From NCBI GenBank assembly GCA_002269645.1, contig NIVC01003211.1, positions 3,460 to 67,459 of the forward strand: 64,000 nucleotides of DNA, written 5' to 3'. The notes beneath the pieces were generated by a model. That model searched no databases and was not told where the DNA came from. It saw only the letters and a program-made list of their open reading frames with translations. The DNA is from Macrostomum lignano. Its lineage: Eukaryota. How positions within the stretch are numbered: position 1 is the stretch's first letter; each line of letters starts with the position of its first letter. The position numbers and the translations under genes were made by a program. Below are positions 59,550-64,000 of the stretch, piece by piece.

Positions 59550-62340
59550 TGTGCTGCCAGCACTAATTAAACTGGCGTTTGTGTACACCGCCAACCCCCG
59601 GCTTGCGCCCACCCCCTCCCTCGGGAGGGTTTTTATGCCTGCGGGCTAGCTGAGTCTGTGTCTCGCTGCGCGCTTAAAATTTTTGGAAAAAAATTTTGGA
59701 CTGCTGAGTCATGTCACAAACCAGCTATAGGAGCTGCGCACCGCACCGCCTTGCGTGCAAGAGGCCTGCATACTGCTGGAAACAAACACACCTTGCAAGA
59801 GAGACTCCGACAGGCGGAGGCACGAGACTCAGCAGGAGCGCAATCGATCTCTGGACTCATCGAAGATCGTGACAGCAGAGATCATCCAAGGAGGCAGGAG
59901 CTCAGCGAGATGTCTTAAGACGACAGGAGGGCGACAGCCGGCGACAGGAGGGCGGCAGAAGAGACCCACGGGATGGCAACCTGGACCGGGAGCTGCTGGA
60001 GGCGGAGAAGCAGCTGCGCCTGCTGACGATTCGCCGGGATCAAGCGCGCATGGAGACTGAGATCCGGCAGCTGGGTGGCTAGGTTGATGAGCCGCCGCAA
60101 CGAACACCGAATGTCGCGGTACCCGGTGAGTACTCAATGCCTCAATGACTTGGTGTTCGGACCCACAGCTGGAGGGGCAAATGAGGTGCAGCAGCCAGGA
60201 CAGCAGCATCCGAGCACGTATCGGGTGCCAGACTTCATCAGCACTCGGAAGCAGCTGTCGCTGAACAAATCGAGCCAGGCGGGGAAGCAGTTAACTCTGG
60301 ACAGTCTGTCTGTTGGTGACTGGATTACCGGGAATTCGAATGCGCTGATGCAGATGCTGAAGGACGGCAGGCTTCTGGTTCTCAGAGACGGCGCCATCGA
60401 CATGTCGGAGTTGCTTGAGTACCTGAAGCACACAGCCAAGATCGGCGACCTCCTTGACCTCGGTTTCGACCGCGGTCGCGTGTTGCGCTACGACGACCAG
60501 TTCAGGGTGCAGCAGGCGGGTGCCGGCGCCGGGGACAGCTCGGTGACCGACCTCGGATTGGTAGCGGCGCACCTGATGGCACCGGGTACGCAATGGCAGG
60601 CTGGTGCTGCGGCTAGGCCAGCACCGAAGCGAACGGTCTGCTTCGACTACAACAGACTGTCCGGCTGCCACCGCAATCCGTGCCGGTTCACGCACTGTTG
60701 TTTGCGCTGCGGCCAGGCGCACTCGGAGGTCACCTTCCACGGATCGGAGGGTGGTCCGACGGCAAAAAACTGATGGGCGGGGTTCGGCGGCAGGGGTCTC
60801 TTAACATCGAGTCGCCCGCCCCTGCTGCTGCTTTCGATGAACCCCGTGACAAGGGCGACTCTGGCGGAACCTTCTCTACCGACTTGCGCTTTGAAGCTTG
60901 ACGTTGGAGCTGGCCGACACCGAGATGCCAGCGAAGCTCGCGCAGTTCGTTCTCTCGACCGGTGTGAAGGAGGGTTTCCGCATTAGGAATGTCAGTTGCA
61001 CCGTCGACACTGTTGAGCAGGATAACTACGGATCCATCAGTCAGCACCGTGTCAGCGTTCAGGCTTAAGTTCGTGAGGAGCTGCAGACGGGCAGATACCG
61101 CGTTTGTGCAAAGCCGGCGATTGTGAGCGCCCTGGGCGCCATTGCCAAGTCGGGTGGAGGCATCCGGCTCATCCATGACTGCAGTCAGCCTGACCGCCGC
61201 CTTCCTCCTTTTGCAGGTCGCCTCCCTGGGTCTCTCGACGCCGCCGCAGCCAAGCTTCTCCAGCAGGCCTGCGCCTCATCATCCAAGAAGTCGCTATCGT
61301 CCGCCATCCGCTCCTGGCAACGCTTCTGTCTCGAGCGGCGGCTCGACCCGCTCTGCTGCCGGGCGGAGGACCTCGTGAATTACGTTGCCCGACTCGTGGA
61401 TGGCCGGCTCAGCTCCTTCGGCAGCGTCCGCGTGCACATCAGCGTTCTCTCCACCAACTTCCGGCTGGCAGGGGCGCCAGATCTGACCAAGCATCCGTTG
61501 CTGCACCTGGTGCTGCGGGGAGCCAAGCGCGAGCTCGGGGCGGAGCCGAGCCGCAAGCTGCCTGTGCCTCCCGAGATTTTAACAAGGCTGGGTCGCCAAG
61601 CTGACTGCTCGAACCCAGCACAAGCTGCCTGCTGGGCTTCAGTCATGTGCGCCTGGTGGGGCATATTTAGGAAGTCTAGTCTGTTGCCTGTTGGGCGCGC
61701 TGATCCGCCAGTGCTGCGGCTCAGTTCTCTGTCGGAGTGCAAGGACGGTCTGCTTCTGCTGTCCAGCTATGGGAAAAGCAACCAGTTCGGGAGGAGCCAC
61801 AGGGTACTGCTGCCGCAGCTGAAGCCCGGTCACCCGTTCTGTCCCGTCGCGGCGCTGCGAGATCATCTTCGCTGCAATCGTTTGAGGCTTCTCTGACATC
61901 CCGGATGTTGGACGTGCAGTTCAAGTGCTGGCTCGATAAGGCGGGCATCAGCGCGGCAGGCTACTCCGTGCACAGCTTGCGGAGGGGTGCAGCCACCTGG
62001 GCGGCGCGTTTCGGTCTGTCAGTCAGGGAGATCCAGAGCGTGGGCGACTGGCGCAGCGACGCAGTGAACTGTTATTTGTCGCCTGGCGATGCAGCTTTCG
62101 GCGCTGCTCGGAAGCTGGACGTTGCTTTGCTTTCTAGGGGCTGATCGCCTCTTTGCCCATTTGCCTTTTGCGCGTTTGTTTTGCTTTGCTTTTCCTTTTG
62201 CGCCTGCTTTTGTTTGGTATTGGGGGGCTCCGTTGCCAGGCTCCCTCACCTCGTATGCTCGCCAGCTCTGTGTTTTGTGTGTCCTTGTTGAGGGGGCGGT
62301 GTGCACTAAAGTAAATTAAGTTTTGTGCCGGATTGGCAGC
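59550..62340 (+). mobile_element. DIRS-order (Ngaro/DIRS-like) tyrosine-recombinase retrotransposon, defective, RT/RNaseH core deleted
   Basis: Gag with SAP-like motif (TALRARGLHTAGNKHTLQERL) and C-terminal zinc finger (CFDYNRLSGCHRNPCRFTHCCLRCGQAH); RT N-terminus (GVKEGFRI…KPAIVSALGAIAKSGGGIRLIHDCSQP) fused to YR; YR catalytic motifs HSLRRG…GDWRSDAVNCY (61737-62144). Confidence 0.85.
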
Positions 62341-63872
62341 TTACCGCCTGGTGCCTCAATAGGCAACACTTTCGAAGCATACTCTTTATTAATTCCCTAT
62401 CAAAACAGTTCGCCTTTGGTGCCTCAAAATGCCTCGTCAATGTGCGTGAAGCGCGGGCGTATCGCCAAATGCAATCAGCAGCAAATAGTACCGATCCTGC
62501 ACCATTTTGGGCAGTACATGCATCACTCAGTAAGGAAAAGAGCTAGGCCTACAAACAAAGGCCACACTGATCATGAACGGTGCAACAGGTCGCTTGGATG
62601 AACAAGCCAGTGTGGCTTTATAAGACGCTCGTCACATCTTAAAGGTGTGTGCTATTCAGTTGCGACAGCTAATTTCGGGGAAGCTCATGGCGACTTTTAA
62701 ACCATGCAGCTGACCGCAGAGCTGTAGACGAACTGCTGACACTACTGACGACGATAGTTCCGTCGTCTGCTCATTAGAGAATATCACGGCCTCGATGTCA
62801 AACCAAAAGGCAAAAAGGAAATTATAAAGATATGTACTGTGTCAAACTAAGGTTGATTTTTAAGGGTCAAATTGGAGCTAGCTGGCTTATGACTTTCAGT
62901 CCAGTCGTAAATACTGTTATCATACTGTATGCACATGGACAATACAGCTAAGTTAATGCTGGTTGGTTTATATCAATCAATTAGTTGATCATGCACGTAT
63001 GAGTATCAAGCCCAACGTGCACTCGTAATATTGATGACCTATGACACTTGTTACACTCACTCTGATCTAGAAAAGCCTGAAAAGGTAAGGTTGAAGTTTT
63101 CAAAAATAATATATTCGGCTGTGTCATAAGTAATGTCACTGCATGCCTCTGTCTGAAGTATATAAGCATATGCACTTGTGGGTAGTGCAGCTTCAAAGTA
63201 TACTTAATGAAGCAATACCAGCGCGTTCCAGATGTGCATAGGATGCTTATGGCCCAGCTTATCGCAAGAATTCGTTATGCAGATTAAGCAAGTGCAACGC
63301 GATGAAATTTCATCTATACAGCGAACAGCATCACCATGAATCACGACAAGACAGACGCCTGCTAGTGTTCAGCAACCGGGGGTTTGAATGACATTCTAAA
63401 CTGCTGGTTGTGTGGATGAGACCTGGCTCAACCTGATGGCAAGGGCAGCAAGGCAGACAATCGCTGCTGGCTGGGAGCTGGGGACTCAGGGCGACCACGA
63501 CCAAAACGTCCATCTTGGACAAGAAGACCATGCTACTGGTGCCTTCACGCCAAACAAACGAGTCTATATCCGTAGATTTTATGTACATGTTGAAATAAAT
63601 ATATAGAAAGTATGATTATAGCTTTCTCTAGTCAAGGACATTTTATTTTTGTGGTTTTTAACGTGGTAAAATAAAAAAGCTTAATTGCCTACTTACTAAT
63701 GCAGTCTACTTGAATTCTCATTTAGTATGACAAATTACAGCAGCAGAAGCAAATACATTTTATAGAGGCAGCAATAAATCCCACATTTACGCATTTGCTC
63801 AAACTAACAGTAGCTGCTAAATTTGAGAGCAGCTGCCGAGCCTACTTCTTGCCAGTTTGAGGCTGTCCGAAG

Positions 63873-64000
63873 TCACAGTGCTGACAGCGGGGACGCGGCG
63901 CTCACATGGACAACATTGCCGGACTTCCTCTGTCTCCGAGTTCTGACAATCAGGTTGTAAAGCAGCTCGATGAGCTCGCACAGGCTAAGCAGGCTGCAGC
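63873..64000 (-). CDS. DEG/ENaC (amiloride-sensitive channel) family, C-terminal end; gene extends beyond the window
   Basis: Frame reads (G)CSLLSLCELIELLYNLIVRTRRQRKSGNVVHVSAASPLSAL*, matching the GxS selectivity filter/TM2 (GxSxLSxxELxEL). Confidence 0.7.
   Translation of the reverse strand, partial: CSLLSLCELIELLYNLIVRTRRQRKSGNVVHVSAASPLSAL

Overview
Eukaryotic (metazoan) genomic DNA with spliceosomal introns. There are no prokaryotic features and no CRISPR array. GC-rich exons separated by minisatellite-filled introns suggest a free-living flatworm such as Macrostomum; this is inference, not verified. Recognisable genes are all on the minus strand: EXOC3/Sec6 (first coding exon), a 5-exon TR2/TR4 (NR2C) nuclear receptor, two tandem TDP-43 (TARDBP) paralogs, UBL5, sedoheptulokinase (SHPK), PAIP1 and the last exon of a DEG/ENaC channel. 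One plus-strand secreted PAN/Apple + LamG-like ORF is split by a single in-frame TGA. Mobile DNA: an internally deleted Ty3/Gypsy element inside the intron of one TDP-43 copy, an RT-deleted DIRS/Ngaro-type tyrosine-recombinase retroelement, a full-length CORE-like SINE, several MITEs with TIRs/TSDs, and decayed CACTA/EnSpm and hAT remnants in CpG-poor AT-rich blocks. About 20 tandem arrays (4-46 bp units) fill introns and gene flanks. The most unusual signals are: (1) arrays of different period (14, ~20, 22, 23, ~25 bp) in introns of unrelated genes share one core, GC(G/A)ATTCTCA, always in the same orientation; (2) the TDP-43 duplication preserves before/after states of minisatellite birth and expansion; (3) a 28-bp hairpin-unit array sits just past the stop codons of two unrelated genes; (4) a same-strand gene cluster has splice acceptors just before each ATG, compatible with SL trans-splicing or operons. 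Exon boundaries were read by eye from GT/AG sites and checked for phase. Array ends are approximate, and no database search or computation was run.
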